64,000 nucleotides of DNA, from contig JACPWG010000133.1 in assembly GCA_016197205.1 (NCBI GenBank), positions 2,777 to 66,776 on the forward strand, given 5' to 3'. The position numbers and the translations under genes were made by a program. How positions within the stretch are numbered: the stretch's first letter is position 1; every line of letters begins with the position of its first letter. This stretch comes from Planctomycetota bacterium. GTDB taxonomy: Bacteria; Planctomycetota; MHYJ01; WSZJ01; JACPWG01. Below the pieces are notes generated by a model. That model searched no databases. It was not told the origin of the DNA and was given only the letters and a program-made list of their open reading frames with translations. Positions 42,733 to 51,931 of the stretch are shown in pieces.

Positions 42733-43944
42733 ATGTTCATCTACAAGGCCGGCGTGGTCGGCGCAGGGCTCATGGGCTCCGGCATCGCCCAGGTCATCTC
42801 CTTCTCCGGCCTGCCCGTCGTCCTCAAGGACGTGTCCAAGGAGTTCGTCGACAAGGGGCTCGCCGCCGCCCGCAAGGTCTACGAGGCCCGCGTCAAAAAA
42901 GGCAAGATGTCCGCCGAGGAGCTGGAGCAGAAAATGGCCCTCATCACCGGCTCCACCTCCTGGGACGACTTCAGCGACGTCGACATCGTCATCGAGGCCG
43001 TACCCGAGGACCTCGCCCTCAAGAAGGAGATCTTCGCGGCCCTCGACCGCGTCTGCCCCGAGCACGCGATCCTCGCCACCAACACGTCCGCGCTCTCCGT
43101 CTCCGCGATCGCCTCCGCCACGAAGAGGCCCGACAAGGTCGTCGGCATCCACTTCTTCTACCCCGCCCCCGTCATGAAGCTCATCGAGGTTATCCCCGGG
43201 CTCGAGACCTCGCCGGAAACGATGGAGTCCTCGCTGTCCTTCTCCGAATCGCTCCGCAAAATCGCGGTCAAGGTCAAGGAGTGCGACGGCTTCCTCGTCA
43301 ACCGGCTCCTCATGCCGTACTTGAACGAGGCGGTCTACGCCCTCGCCGAAGGCTCGGCCACCGCCAAGGAAATCGACGACGCGATGGTCGCCTTCGGCAT
43401 GCCCATGGGTCCCTTCACCCTCGCCGACAACCTCGGCCTCGACACCTGCTACCACGTCGGCAACATCCTCCACGAGGCCTACGGCGAGCGCGCGAAGGCC
43501 TCCCCGCTCATGAACAAGCTCTTCGCCGCGAGGTGCTACGGCACCAAGACCGGTTGCGGCTTCTACGTCTACGACGACCGCGAGAGCCCGCTCCCACGCT
43601 TCCTCGACGAGGTCCGCAAGGAGACCGGCGTGACGCGCGGGTCGTTCACCCCCGAGCGCCTGATCTACCCGATGATCAACGAAGCGGCCTTCTGCCTCGA
43701 AGAGAACGTCGCGACGCCCACCGACATCGACGTGTCGATGCTCGCCGGCACGGGCTTCCCCCAAGCCAAGGGGGGCCTCCTCCGGTACGCGGACACGGTC
43801 GGCGTCGACGCGGTGCTGGCCGGCCTGCTCGAGTTCCGCTCGCGCTACGGCGCGCGCTTCTGGCCCTGCCCGCTGCTCCGCCGGATGGTCGGCGCCGGCC
43901 ACGTGGGCGCGAAGGGGAAGAAAGGGTTCTTCGATACGCTGTAG
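42733..43944 (+). CDS. 3-hydroxyacyl-CoA dehydrogenase (NAD-binding domain plus two C-terminal domains)
   Basis: Rossmann motif GVVGAGLMGSGIAQV. Segments NTSALSV and FFYPAPVMKLIEV. Duplicated 3HCDH_C-like domain. Confidence 0.95.
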   Translation: MFIYKAGVVGAGLMGSGIAQVISFSGLPVVLKDVSKEFVDKGLAAARKVYEARVKKGKMSAEELEQKMALITGSTSWDDFSDVDIVIEAVPEDLALKKEIFAALDRVCPEHAILATNTSALSVSAIASATKRPDKVVGIHFFYPAPVMKLIEVIPGLETSPETMESSLSFSESLRKIAVKVKECDGFLVNRLLMPYLNEAVYALAEGSATAKEIDDAMVAFGMPMGPFTLADNLGLDTCYHVGNILHEAYGERAKASPLMNKLFAARCYGTKTGCGFYVYDDRESPLPRFLDEVRKETGVTRGSFTPERLIYPMINEAAFCLEENVATPTDIDVSMLAGTGFPQAKGGLLRYADTVGVDAVLAGLLEFRSRYGARFWPCPLLRRMVGAGHVGAKGKKGFFDTL

Positions 43945-44008
43945 GTCGAACGACGCGTGCGAGAAGAGCGCCGAAGTCCGGGCGGGCGACACCCGCGGGT
44001 TCCTTTCG

Positions 44009-44152
44009 CATTGCTGATTGACGATTGCCGATTGCTGATTGGGGAGCGACAGAACGCGCTGCGCGGCTGCGACAACCAGGCCTCGCGCGCAAACATCGCT
44101 CCCCAACTCGCAACCATCCGTCGTTCGTCGTCCATCAGCGATCCGCAATCAG
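44009..44152. repeat. Hairpin with ATTGCTG heptamer arms
   Basis: Left arm ATTGCTGATTGACGATTGCCGATTGCTGATTGGGG and a degenerate complementary right arm. Inner stem TGGGGAGCGA / TCGCTCCCCA. Confidence 0.7.
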
Positions 44153-44154
44153 AA

Positions 44155-44287
44155 ATGGGTGTGGCTACTTTTCGACGACAGCGCCCAGACCGCCTGAAGG
44201 CGGTACTACGAACAGTAGGTTCCGAGAGCAGCACCCACTGTTTGTAGTACCCCCTTCAGGGGGCCTACGAAAAGTAGCCACACCCAT
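44155..44287. repeat. 133-bp near-palindrome with nested sub-hairpins
   Basis: Outer arms AATGGGTGTGGCTACTTTTCG / CGAAAAGTAGCCACACCCAT. Inner stems ACCGCC-TGAA-GGCGGT, GTACTACGAACAGT / ACTGTTTGTAGTAC and CCCC-TTCA-GGGG. Part of it recurs at 16982-17010. Confidence 0.8.
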
Positions 44288-44349
44288 CAGCAATCGGCGT
44301 CTTCCGCTCCGACCCGAACGTCCGCGGCATCATCCTCACCGGCGAAGGG

Positions 44350-44958
44350 ATGATGTTCTGCGCCGGCGCGGACCTCAAGGAGATCATGAAGATCCAGAAC
44401 GCCAACCAGGCGCTCGAGGTCGTCCGCAAGGGGCATGAGTTCTGCCTGGAAATCGAGGCGATGAAGCTCCCGGTCATCGCGGCGATCAACGGCCCCTGCC
44501 TCGGCGGCGGCAACGAGCTGGCCATGGCCTGCCACATCCGCGTGGCGAGCGACAAGGCCCGGTTCGGCCAGCCGGAGATCAATTTCGGCCTCATCCCGGG
44601 CCTCGGCGGCAGCCAGCGCCTGCCCCGCCTCGTCGGCCGCGCAAAGGCCCTCGAGCTGCTCCTCACCGGCGACATGCTCTCCGCCCAGGAGGCGAAGGCG
44701 CTCGGGCTCGTCAACCAGGTCGTCCCCGAGCAGATGCTCCTCAAGACCGCGACCGGGATCGCAAAAAAAATCGCCGCCAAGGGGAAGGTCGCCGTCGGCG
44801 CCATCCTCGACGCGGTTAACCGCGGCATGGCCGTCCCGATCAAGGACGCGCTTGCGATCGAAAGCGAGCTCTTCGGCAAGATCTGCGAGACCGAGGACAT
44901 GAAGGAAGGCGTCTCGGCCTTCGTGGAGAAACGACAGCCCAAGTTCAAGGACCGGTAG
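44350..44958 (+). CDS. Enoyl-CoA hydratase/crotonase, N-terminally truncated (possible pseudogene)
   Basis: FCAGADLKE oxyanion motif, catalytic Glu contexts GQPEINFGLIPGLGGSQRL and SAQEAKALGLV. The in-frame crotonase sequence (AIGVFRSDPNVRGIILTGEG) runs back only to a TAG at 44275 inside the repeat. About 45 N-terminal residues of the fold are missing. Confidence 0.75.
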   Translation: MMFCAGADLKEIMKIQNANQALEVVRKGHEFCLEIEAMKLPVIAAINGPCLGGGNELAMACHIRVASDKARFGQPEINFGLIPGLGGSQRLPRLVGRAKALELLLTGDMLSAQEAKALGLVNQVVPEQMLLKTATGIAKKIAAKGKVAVGAILDAVNRGMAVPIKDALAIESELFGKICETEDMKEGVSAFVEKRQPKFKDR

Positions 44959-45009
44959 CGCCAGGCTGGTAACGACTCGAGCGTCTTCCTCCGTCCCCCA
45001 CAGGGAGTC

Positions 45010-46170
45010 GTGCCCATGGACTTCACCTTCACCGAAGAACAGCAGATGCTCCGCGAGATGGTCCGGGACTTTGTGAACCAGGAGGTGAAGCCCCGGGCGG
45101 CCCAGATCGACCGGGAGGAGAAGATCCCGAACGAGCTGCTCCGGCAGGCGGCCGAGCTGGGGCTCTTCGGCGTCTCGTTCCCCGAGGAGTACGGCGGCGC
45201 AGGGGCCGGCAAGATCGGCTACTGCATCGCCGTCGAGGAGCTGGCCCACGGGTGCAACTCCCTCACCACGACCATCGGCGCCAGCCAGTCGATCGGCGCG
45301 ATGGCGATCTACCTGGACGGCAGCGAGGAGCAGAAGCAGCGGTACCTGGTCCCGCTCGCGAAAGGCGAGAAGCTCGGCGCCTTCTGCCTTTCCGAGTCGA
45401 ACGCGGGCTCGGACCCGGCCGCAATGTCGACGACCGCGGTCAAGCAGGGGGACCACTACGTCCTGAACGGCAGCAAGAACTTCATCACGAACGGCGTCCG
45501 CGCGGACGTGCTGATCGTCTTCGCGATCACCGATAAGGCCCTGCGCGCGCACGGCGGCACGACCGCGTTCATCCTGGAGCGCGAGTATCCCGGCATTCGC
45601 GTCGGCAAGGTCGAGGACAAGATGGGCCTCCGGGGTTCGGACACCGCGAGTTTGTTTTTCGAAGACGTGCGCGTCCCGGCCTCCAACGTCCTGGGGCAGC
45701 TCGGCAAGGGCTTCGTGACCGCGATGAAATGCCTCGACATGGGCCGGCTCACGCTGGGGGCCGGCTGTCTCGGCATGGCGAAGGAGATGCTGGATCTGTC
45801 CGTGGCGTACGCGAAGGAGCGGGTGCAGTTCGGCGAGCCGATCGCGACGAAGCAGGCGGTGCAGTTCATGCTGGCCGAGATGGCGATGCGGATCTACGCG
45901 ATGGAAAGCCTCGTGTATCGCACGGCGTGGGCGCACGAGAACGGGCAAAAGATCTCGCGCGAGAGCGCGATCGTGAAGTGCTTCTGCACGGAGGCGGCGG
46001 AGAAGGTCGTGGACCTGGCCCTCCAGATCCACGGCGGGATGGGCTACATGAAGGAGCTGCCGATCGAGCGGGCGTACCGCGATGCGCGAATCAACCGGAT
46101 CTTCGAGGGGACGAACGAGATCCAGCGGCTCGTGATCGCGCTCGACGTGATCAAGAAGGGGCGCTATTAG
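45010..46170 (+). CDS. Acyl-CoA dehydrogenase (short/medium chain type)
   Basis: MDFTFTEEQQMLRE start (ATG 45016 is an alternative). GAFCLSESNAGSD; C-terminal YRDARINRIFEGTNEIQR with the catalytic Glu. Confidence 0.95.
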   Translation: MPMDFTFTEEQQMLREMVRDFVNQEVKPRAAQIDREEKIPNELLRQAAELGLFGVSFPEEYGGAGAGKIGYCIAVEELAHGCNSLTTTIGASQSIGAMAIYLDGSEEQKQRYLVPLAKGEKLGAFCLSESNAGSDPAAMSTTAVKQGDHYVLNGSKNFITNGVRADVLIVFAITDKALRAHGGTTAFILEREYPGIRVGKVEDKMGLRGSDTASLFFEDVRVPASNVLGQLGKGFVTAMKCLDMGRLTLGAGCLGMAKEMLDLSVAYAKERVQFGEPIATKQAVQFMLAEMAMRIYAMESLVYRTAWAHENGQKISRESAIVKCFCTEAAEKVVDLALQIHGGMGYMKELPIERAYRDARINRIFEGTNEIQRLVIALDVIKKGRY

Positions 46171-46189
46171 AGCTTTCTGGAATCGAACA

Positions 46190-46262
46190 CCACGAAAACC
46201 ACAGATTTCACAGATTTTTCGGGATTTCACAGATTACGAATCTGGGAAATCTGTGGTTCCGT
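46190..46262. repeat. Hairpin with CACAGATTT word arms
   Basis: AACCACAGATTTCACAGATTT ... GAAATCTGTGGTT, between the ACAD and etfB genes. Confidence 0.7.
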
Positions 46263-46356
46263 TTGGGTTTCGGGCGCGAGCGCCGAGTTGGCGATTGCTG
46301 ATCGACCGAGCCACGCACGCGAGCCGTGCCGCATCGATGAGCCGGGTGAGCGGACG

Positions 46357-47091
46357 ATGAACATCCTGGTCTGCGTCAAGGCGGTCCTGGACCTTTCGAA
46401 CGTGAGCGTATCGAGGGGGCAGGGGAAGATCTTCGAAAAGGGCAAGCGGCTGCTGAACCCGTTCGACGAGCACGCGGTGGAGCTGGCGCTGCAACTCCGG
46501 CAGGCCGCGGCGGGCACGGTGACCGCGCTGACCGTGGGGGAGGGTCGGGACGAGGACGCGCTCCGGAAGGCGCTCGCGATGGGCGTGGACCGGGCGGTGT
46601 TCGTGAAGGGTCCGGAGCTGGACGGCAGCGACCATGGCGTGCGGGCGCGGGTGATCGCCAAGGCGATGTCGGCGTTGGTCGCGGCGCCGGGCGGCGCGCC
46701 CTTCGAGCTGGTGCTCTGCGGCGAGCGATCGCCCGAGCACGGCGGCGGGCAGGTCGGGCCGGCGCTGGCGGAGGCCTTGGGCCGGCCGCAGGTCTACCGG
46801 GGCCTCCGGGTCCGGCTCGACGCCGGCCAGGTCGTCGCGGCCGTGCGCACCGACGACGGCGAGTCGGAGGTCCGCGTGCCGCTGCCCGCGCTCGTGGTCG
46901 TGGACGCCGCCGCGAACCACCCGCGCATCCCGAAGGCGCTGGACATCATGAAGGCGGTGAAGCGGGAGGTCCGCATCCTCGCGTGCGTGGAGCTGGGCCT
47001 CAGTCCGGAAGACGTCGGCGTAGCGGGCTCGCGCCTCCGCCTCGCGCGATTCGAGATCCCGGAGGTGAAGGAAGACGCCGCAATGGCGTAG
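46357..47091 (+). CDS. etfB: Electron transfer flavoprotein beta subunit
   Basis: MNILVCVKAVLD...NPFDEHAVELAL...VLCGERS follows the EtfB pattern. Its stop codon TAG lies inside the first R4 palindrome. Confidence 0.9.
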   Translation: MNILVCVKAVLDLSNVSVSRGQGKIFEKGKRLLNPFDEHAVELALQLRQAAAGTVTALTVGEGRDEDALRKALAMGVDRAVFVKGPELDGSDHGVRARVIAKAMSALVAAPGGAPFELVLCGERSPEHGGGQVGPALAEALGRPQVYRGLRVRLDAGQVVAAVRTDDGESEVRVPLPALVVVDAAANHPRIPKALDIMKAVKREVRILACVELGLSPEDVGVAGSRLRLARFEIPEVKEDAAMA

Positions 47092-47288
47092 GGGCACGGC
47101 GCTGCCGTGCCCGCCGATCCCGCAACTGGCGGGCGCATCGCGACACCATGCCCGCCAACCCCGCACCCCGTAGGGGCACGGCGTTGCCGTGCCCAGCGAT
47201 CCCGCGACCCGCGCGCGCCCGGCGCGGCCGTGCCCGACCCACGCGCGCCGTAGGGGCACGGCGCTGCCGTGCCCAACGATTTCGCGAC
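47088..47288. repeat. Three ~38-bp R4 palindromic repeats at ~81-bp spacing (CRISPR-like geometry, not called CRISPR)
   Basis: Units start at 47088, 47170 and 47250. Core is GTAGGGGCACGGCGYTGCCGTGCCC followed by a RCGATYYCGCRAC tail. Two spacers of about 43 nt. Confidence 0.8.
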
Positions 47289-47343
47289 TCGCTGACGCCC
47301 GGCCCCGCCGGGGGCTCGTCGGCCGAAAGCCCGTGGAGACGCC

Positions 47344-48156
47344 ATGGAGATCCGCATCCTCGAAGAGACGTGCACCGGTTGCGAGCTGTGCATCCCCTCC
47401 TGCCCGTTCGGGGCGCTCACGATGGAGGACCGGCTCCCCGGGGCGCCGCCGCCGCCGCCCGACAGCGTGACCGCCAAGGTCGCGCGCGTGTGGGAAAGCT
47501 GCGTCGATTGCGACCTGTGCCTCCCCGTCTGCCCGCCCGTCGCCATCCTCCACGACCGCCCGGAAGGGACCGCCGCCGTGCCCTCCACTCCTGGGTCCGG
47601 CATCCTGGTCGCCGGCGACCTCGGCCCGACCGGCCTCCGCCCCTCCACGCGCCGCGTGCTCCGACGCGCGCGCGAGCTGGCGAACACCCTCGGCTGCTTC
47701 CTCACGTGCCTCCTCACGCCGCGCGTGGACCCGGGCACGGCGTGCAAGGACGCGATCGCCTGCGGCGCCGACCGCGTGCTCCTCGTGGACGCCACGGACA
47801 CGAACCCGGAGGACGGCCTCGGACTGCCGGCCCTCCTCGCCCCCATCCTCGCCAAGGAGCAACCCGAAATCGTCCTCTTCCCGGACTCGATCCGGGCGGC
47901 CGCACTCGCGCCCCGCCTCGCCGAGCGCCTTGGCGCCGGCCTTGCCTCCCCCTGCCACGAGGTGGACCTGGACCTGTCGACGCGCCAGCTCCTTCAGCGC
48001 GTGCCGCTCTTCAAAGGGCTCGGCCTGGGCGAGCTGGTCTGCGCCGCCACGCGCCCCCAGATGGCCGTGCTCCGCACCCACCAGCTCCCCGATCCCATGC
48101 CCGACGGTTCCCGCGACGGGGAAATCGTCCAGTGGAATTTGAGAGCTGAGATTTGA
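47344..48156 (+). CDS. etfA: Ferredoxin-domain-fused electron transfer flavoprotein alpha subunit, C-terminal FAD domain missing
   Basis: CTGCELCIPSCP and CVDCDLCLPVCP motifs, then the EtfA N-domain up to RPQMAVLR. The ORF stops inside the heptamer hairpin. The ~130-aa FAD-binding domain is absent. Confidence 0.75.
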   Translation: MEIRILEETCTGCELCIPSCPFGALTMEDRLPGAPPPPPDSVTAKVARVWESCVDCDLCLPVCPPVAILHDRPEGTAAVPSTPGSGILVAGDLGPTGLRPSTRRVLRRARELANTLGCFLTCLLTPRVDPGTACKDAIACGADRVLLVDATDTNPEDGLGLPALLAPILAKEQPEIVLFPDSIRAAALAPRLAERLGAGLASPCHEVDLDLSTRQLLQRVPLFKGLGLGELVCAATRPQMAVLRTHQLPDPMPDGSRDGEIVQWNLRAEI

Positions 48157-48260
48157 GAATTGAGATTTGACCGCGAGTCCGCTACAATGCGCTAGCTCCG
48201 GTTCCGCCCCAGCCCCACCGCTGCCCGGAAATCTCAATTCTCAATTCAGAATTCTCAAAT
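48135..48260. repeat. Hairpin with GAGATTT/GAGAATT heptamer arms
   Basis: The left arm contains the etfA stop and the right arm contains the ATG of the next gene. Loop of about 60 nt. Confidence 0.8.
48160..48188 (+). promoter_or_regulatory. Candidate promoter TTGAGA-N17-TACAAT embedded in the hairpin element
   Basis: The -35 lies in the left arm and the -10 in the loop, 71 nt upstream of the ATG at 48259. Confidence 0.45.
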
Positions 48261-49218
48261 GAAAAACACCGTCCTCGTCACCGGCTGCTCGACCTTCCTC
48301 GCGCGCCGCCTCTGCGCCGTCCTCCTCGGCGACTCCGCCTGCAAGGGCATCGTCGCGCTCGCCGCCGCGCGCACCGAGGTCAAGCTCCCACGCACCCGCA
48401 CCCACCACGTCGACTACCGGGGCGCGGACTTTCCGGCCTTCCTGAAAAAACAAAAGGTCGACGTGGTCTACCACCTCGACTTCGCGCCCGCCCGCCGCTC
48501 CAACGAGGAGCTGTTCGAACGAAACGTCCTCGGCACGATGCACTTGCTGTCGTCCTGCGCGGAGGCCGGCGTGAAGAAAGTGGTCCTGGCCAGCTCGACG
48601 TGGGTGTACGGCGCGCTCCACGACAACCCGACCTATCTCGCCGAGCGCCGTCCGCTCCGCGCGCGCCCGTATCTCCAGTATCTGAAGGACCAGGTCGACA
48701 TCGAGCGCTACGCGGCGGAATTCCGCGCCGGGAACCCCGAGATCGTGGTCACCGTCCTCCGCTTCGCCCCGCTCGTCGGCCCCTCGGCCGACGGACCGAT
48801 CATGCAGTACCTCGCCCTGCCGCTCGCCCCGGTCCTCCTCGGCTTCGAACCGCTCCTCCAGGTGCTGCACGAGGAGGACGCGGTCCAGGCGCTGCATCGC
48901 GCCCTCCACGTCGATTGCCGCGGCGCCGTCAACATCGCCCCGGACGGCGTCCTCCCACTCCATAAGCTGCTGCGCATGGCGGGCGTGCAGTCCGCGCCCA
49001 TCCTCCACCCGCTCGCCGAGGCCGCCTCCTCCTGGCTGCGCGGCTTCCCCCTCGTCGAAAAGGTCCCGCTCGAGGTGAACTACCTCAAGTACTGCTGCAT
49101 GGGCGACACCACGCGCATGCGTGAGGAGTTCGGCTTCTCGCCCGAGCGCTCCGGCCCGCAGGCCCTGAAGGCCGCCGTCGAGGCGAAGGCGGTCAAGGCG
49201 GCGACGGTCGCGGTGTAA
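48259..49218 (+). CDS. NAD-dependent epimerase/dehydratase family (extended SDR) protein with degenerate glycine motif
   Basis: VLVTGCSTFLARRL replaces GxxGxxG. Length and the SST...Y...K layout are typical of the family. Confidence 0.8.
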   Translation: MKNTVLVTGCSTFLARRLCAVLLGDSACKGIVALAAARTEVKLPRTRTHHVDYRGADFPAFLKKQKVDVVYHLDFAPARRSNEELFERNVLGTMHLLSSCAEAGVKKVVLASSTWVYGALHDNPTYLAERRPLRARPYLQYLKDQVDIERYAAEFRAGNPEIVVTVLRFAPLVGPSADGPIMQYLALPLAPVLLGFEPLLQVLHEEDAVQALHRALHVDCRGAVNIAPDGVLPLHKLLRMAGVQSAPILHPLAEAASSWLRGFPLVEKVPLEVNYLKYCCMGDTTRMREEFGFSPERSGPQALKAAVEAKAVKAATVAV

Positions 49219-49316
49219 CGGCGCGAGGGGGCGACAGACAACGCGAGCGCCCGAGGCCTCGCGACTCCGGGCGCCCGCGCTGCACGCTCAGGTCCTGCCG
49301 CCCGCCCCCCTCCGCG

Positions 49317-50324
49317 TCACTCCTTCTTGTGGCACGACCGCTTCGCCCAGTCGCTGTCCGGGTACGTGCTCACCAGGCGGCCCCACGCGTCCTTGAACCC
49401 GGCGTCGTCGCCGCCGAGCGCGCGAGAAACCCCTTCGAAGTAGAGCGCCTCCGGAGCCAGTTCCGTCTTCGCGAACTGCTTCGCGATCTGGCCGTACACG
49501 ATCGCCGCGCCTTTGAAGTTCTTCTTCGGATTCATCTCCCGATTCGCCGAGGCCAGGGCCAGCCGGCCGCGCAGGTCCGCGGCCTTCTGCTTGTCGAGCG
49601 CGTCCAGCTTGACGACCCAGTCCTTGCACGCTTTCTGGTCGTCCTCCACGATCGCGATCCAGCTCAACCCGAAGAGCGCGGTCGTGGTCTTCCCCTTCGC
49701 GTTCTTCGGATCGGCCTGGACGATGGCCTGGAACGCGGCCTTCGCTTCCTTCACCTTCCCCTCGTTCCGGCACAGCTCCCCCAGCTCGGCCTGCCCGTCG
49801 ACGTCCGTGGGCGCGGCCTTCGTCAGTTCCGCGATCCGCTTGTGGCCGTCCACGCCCTGCTGGAGCTCCGCGAGGAGGTCGGCGGCGGCGCGGTAGCCCG
49901 TGATCATGCGCAGCACCGTCACCTTGCCGTCCGCCTCGAACAGCATGACGATCAGGGTCGGCGACCAGAGCACCTCGAGCTTCTCCGCCATTTCCTTCTT
50001 CTCTTTGAGGTCGAAGCGGACCGGGACGACCTTTTCGCCGAAGAACTTGACCACGTCCGCGTTGGCGAAGGTGTCCGCGTCCAGCTTCGAGCAGGCCGCG
50101 GAGCCCGCGGAGACGAACTGGATGACGACCAGCTTTCCTTGTGCCTTCGCCTCGGCGCCGGCCGCCGCAAGGTCGTTTTTCCAGACGATCCCGGGGGCCG
50201 CCGCGGGCGAGGCGTCCTCCGCGTGCGCCGACGCGGGGAAGGCCGCCGCCGCGAGCGCCAGCAGCAGGAGCGAGAGCGGAACCGATCGGGTGCGTGTCAC
50301 GAGAAGCTCCTTTTTTTTCAGCAA
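49317..50324 (-). CDS. Secreted thioredoxin-fold (DUF255/Thioredoxin_7-like, no CxxC) plus TPR-like protein
   Basis: Signal peptide. KLVVIQFVSAGSAACSKLD lies in place of the CxxC. Helical repeat C-terminal half. Confidence 0.7.
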   Translation of the reverse strand: MLKKKELLVTRTRSVPLSLLLLALAAAAFPASAHAEDASPAAAPGIVWKNDLAAAGAEAKAQGKLVVIQFVSAGSAACSKLDADTFANADVVKFFGEKVVPVRFDLKEKKEMAEKLEVLWSPTLIVMLFEADGKVTVLRMITGYRAAADLLAELQQGVDGHKRIAELTKAAPTDVDGQAELGELCRNEGKVKEAKAAFQAIVQADPKNAKGKTTTALFGLSWIAIVEDDQKACKDWVVKLDALDKQKAADLRGRLALASANREMNPKKNFKGAAIVYGQIAKQFAKTELAPEALYFEGVSRALGGDDAGFKDAWGRLVSTYPDSDWAKRSCHKKE

Positions 50325-50519
50325 AGGGAGACCGCGGGCGGGGGGCCGCCTGCGGCGCGACCGAGGGGGCGGATTCTATACCGGGCTTCCGACCCCTGTC
50401 AAGGCAACTGCTCCGGCGTCGGGACCGGAGCCGAAAACCGCTTTTCTTCGGCGGGCGGGGATGCTAGAATCCGCTGGCTCCAGGTTCCACTCCCTTCCAA
50501 CGCCTCGAAGCGAGGGACT

Positions 50520-51923
50520 ATGCCCCGAAAGGAACGCGCCGCGCCCGATTCGGCCGCCCGCGCCCCGCACCGCTGCCTCGCCGGCTCCGCCTCGGGCGCC
50601 CCGTGCCGCGGGCGCGCCGCGCGCGGCTCCCAGTACTGCCGCCGGCACGCGTCCCTCGGCAACGGCTCGAACGGGGCGGACGCCGCGGACCTGACCGACG
50701 AGGATGAGATCGACCACAGCCAGGCCGCGGTCGAGGCCGCCGCGGCCCGCGTGGCCGCGGCGATGGCCGGCGCGGCCGCCGGGGGAGGCGGGCGCGCACG
50801 CCGCGAGCCGCCGCGTGAAGCGCCGCGTCACGACGAGAAGCCCCTCTCCGCGAAGGCCGAGGCCGCGCTGCGCGACCAGGTCGAGCGGATCGTCCGCGAG
50901 ACGCTGAAGCAGCTCCCGATCTCGCGCCTCTTTCCCGGCCTCTCCCCCGGCGGACTCATTTCCGCCTTCCGCGAAAACGTCAAGCGGTTCGCGCCCGACG
51001 ACCGCGCCGACCTGCTCTCGACCTTTCGCGACCTCCTCGGCAAACAGCGCGAGGCGCTCACCGCGGAGTCGCTCCAAGGGCTCTGGCAGATCCTCCAGTC
51101 GTTCGTCTCGGGGGCGAAGGACACGCTCGAGCGCCGCGTGCGCGGGGACTACGAGGTCGACGAGTACGGCCTGGACGAGGAGTTCCTCGACCTCTGCCGC
51201 CCGCTTTTCAAATTCCTCTATCGCTACTACTGGCGCGTCGAGACCACCGGCGTCGAAAACGTCCCCGGCCAGGGCCGCGCGCTCATCGTCGCCAACCACT
51301 CCGGCGTCCTCCCCTGGGACGGCGCGATGGTCGCCGCCGCCATCCAGGAGGAGCACCCCGAGCCCCGCTACCTGCGCACCTTGTACCTGGACTGGTTCAC
51401 GCAGTTGCCCTTCGTCTCGACGCTGCTCACGCGCACGGGCCAGGTCCTGGCCTGCCCGGAAAACGGCGAGCGGCTGCTCGGCCAGGACCGCCTGGTCGCG
51501 GTCTTCCCGGAGGGGCTGAAGGGCGTGGGCAAGCTCTTCCGCGACCGCTACCGCGTGGCGCGCTTCGGGCGGGGGGGGTTCGTGAAGATCGCGGTCCGCA
51601 CCGGCGCGCCCATCATCCCGGTTTCGGTGGTCGGAGCGGAGGAGATCCACCCGACCCTCTTCCGCGCGGAGCTGCTGGCCAAACTGCTCGGATTTCCGTT
51701 CTTCCCGATCACGCCGACCTTCCCCATGCTCGGGCTGCTCGGCGTGATCCCGCTGCCGACCAAGTGGTACATCCATTTCGGCGAGCCGATCGAGACGAAG
51801 CATCTGAAGCCGCGCGACGCGGACAACTTCGTGAAGGTCGACGGCCTGGCGAACCGCGTGCGGGACACGATCCAGGGAAAGATCAACGACCTGCTGGAAA
51901 AGCGACCGGGCCTGTTCCGGTGA
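50520..51923 (+). CDS. Lysophospholipid/glycerol-phosphate acyltransferase (PlsC/LPLAT) family protein with long N-terminal extension
   Basis: ALIVANHSGVLPWDG, VFPEG and APIIPV motifs. N-terminal Cys/Arg-rich segment plus a helical region of about 230 aa. Confidence 0.85.
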   Translation: MPRKERAAPDSAARAPHRCLAGSASGAPCRGRAARGSQYCRRHASLGNGSNGADAADLTDEDEIDHSQAAVEAAAARVAAAMAGAAAGGGGRARREPPREAPRHDEKPLSAKAEAALRDQVERIVRETLKQLPISRLFPGLSPGGLISAFRENVKRFAPDDRADLLSTFRDLLGKQREALTAESLQGLWQILQSFVSGAKDTLERRVRGDYEVDEYGLDEEFLDLCRPLFKFLYRYYWRVETTGVENVPGQGRALIVANHSGVLPWDGAMVAAAIQEEHPEPRYLRTLYLDWFTQLPFVSTLLTRTGQVLACPENGERLLGQDRLVAVFPEGLKGVGKLFRDRYRVARFGRGGFVKIAVRTGAPIIPVSVVGAEEIHPTLFRAELLAKLLGFPFFPITPTFPMLGLLGVIPLPTKWYIHFGEPIETKHLKPRDADNFVKVDGLANRVRDTIQGKINDLLEKRPGLFR

Positions 51924-51931
51924 GAGGGACG

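Noticed and set aside
47088-47288. CRISPR array
   Set aside because: There are only three repeats. The spacers are similar to each other in composition. The identical palindrome is dispersed singly at 12334 and 20697. No cas genes or leader are present. The first repeat overlaps a stop codon inside an operon.
49329-51923. 864-aa ORF upstream-extended acyltransferase
   Set aside because: The first ~397 aa are antisense to the thioredoxin-like gene. The real start is the ATG at 50520, downstream of a TAGAAT box.
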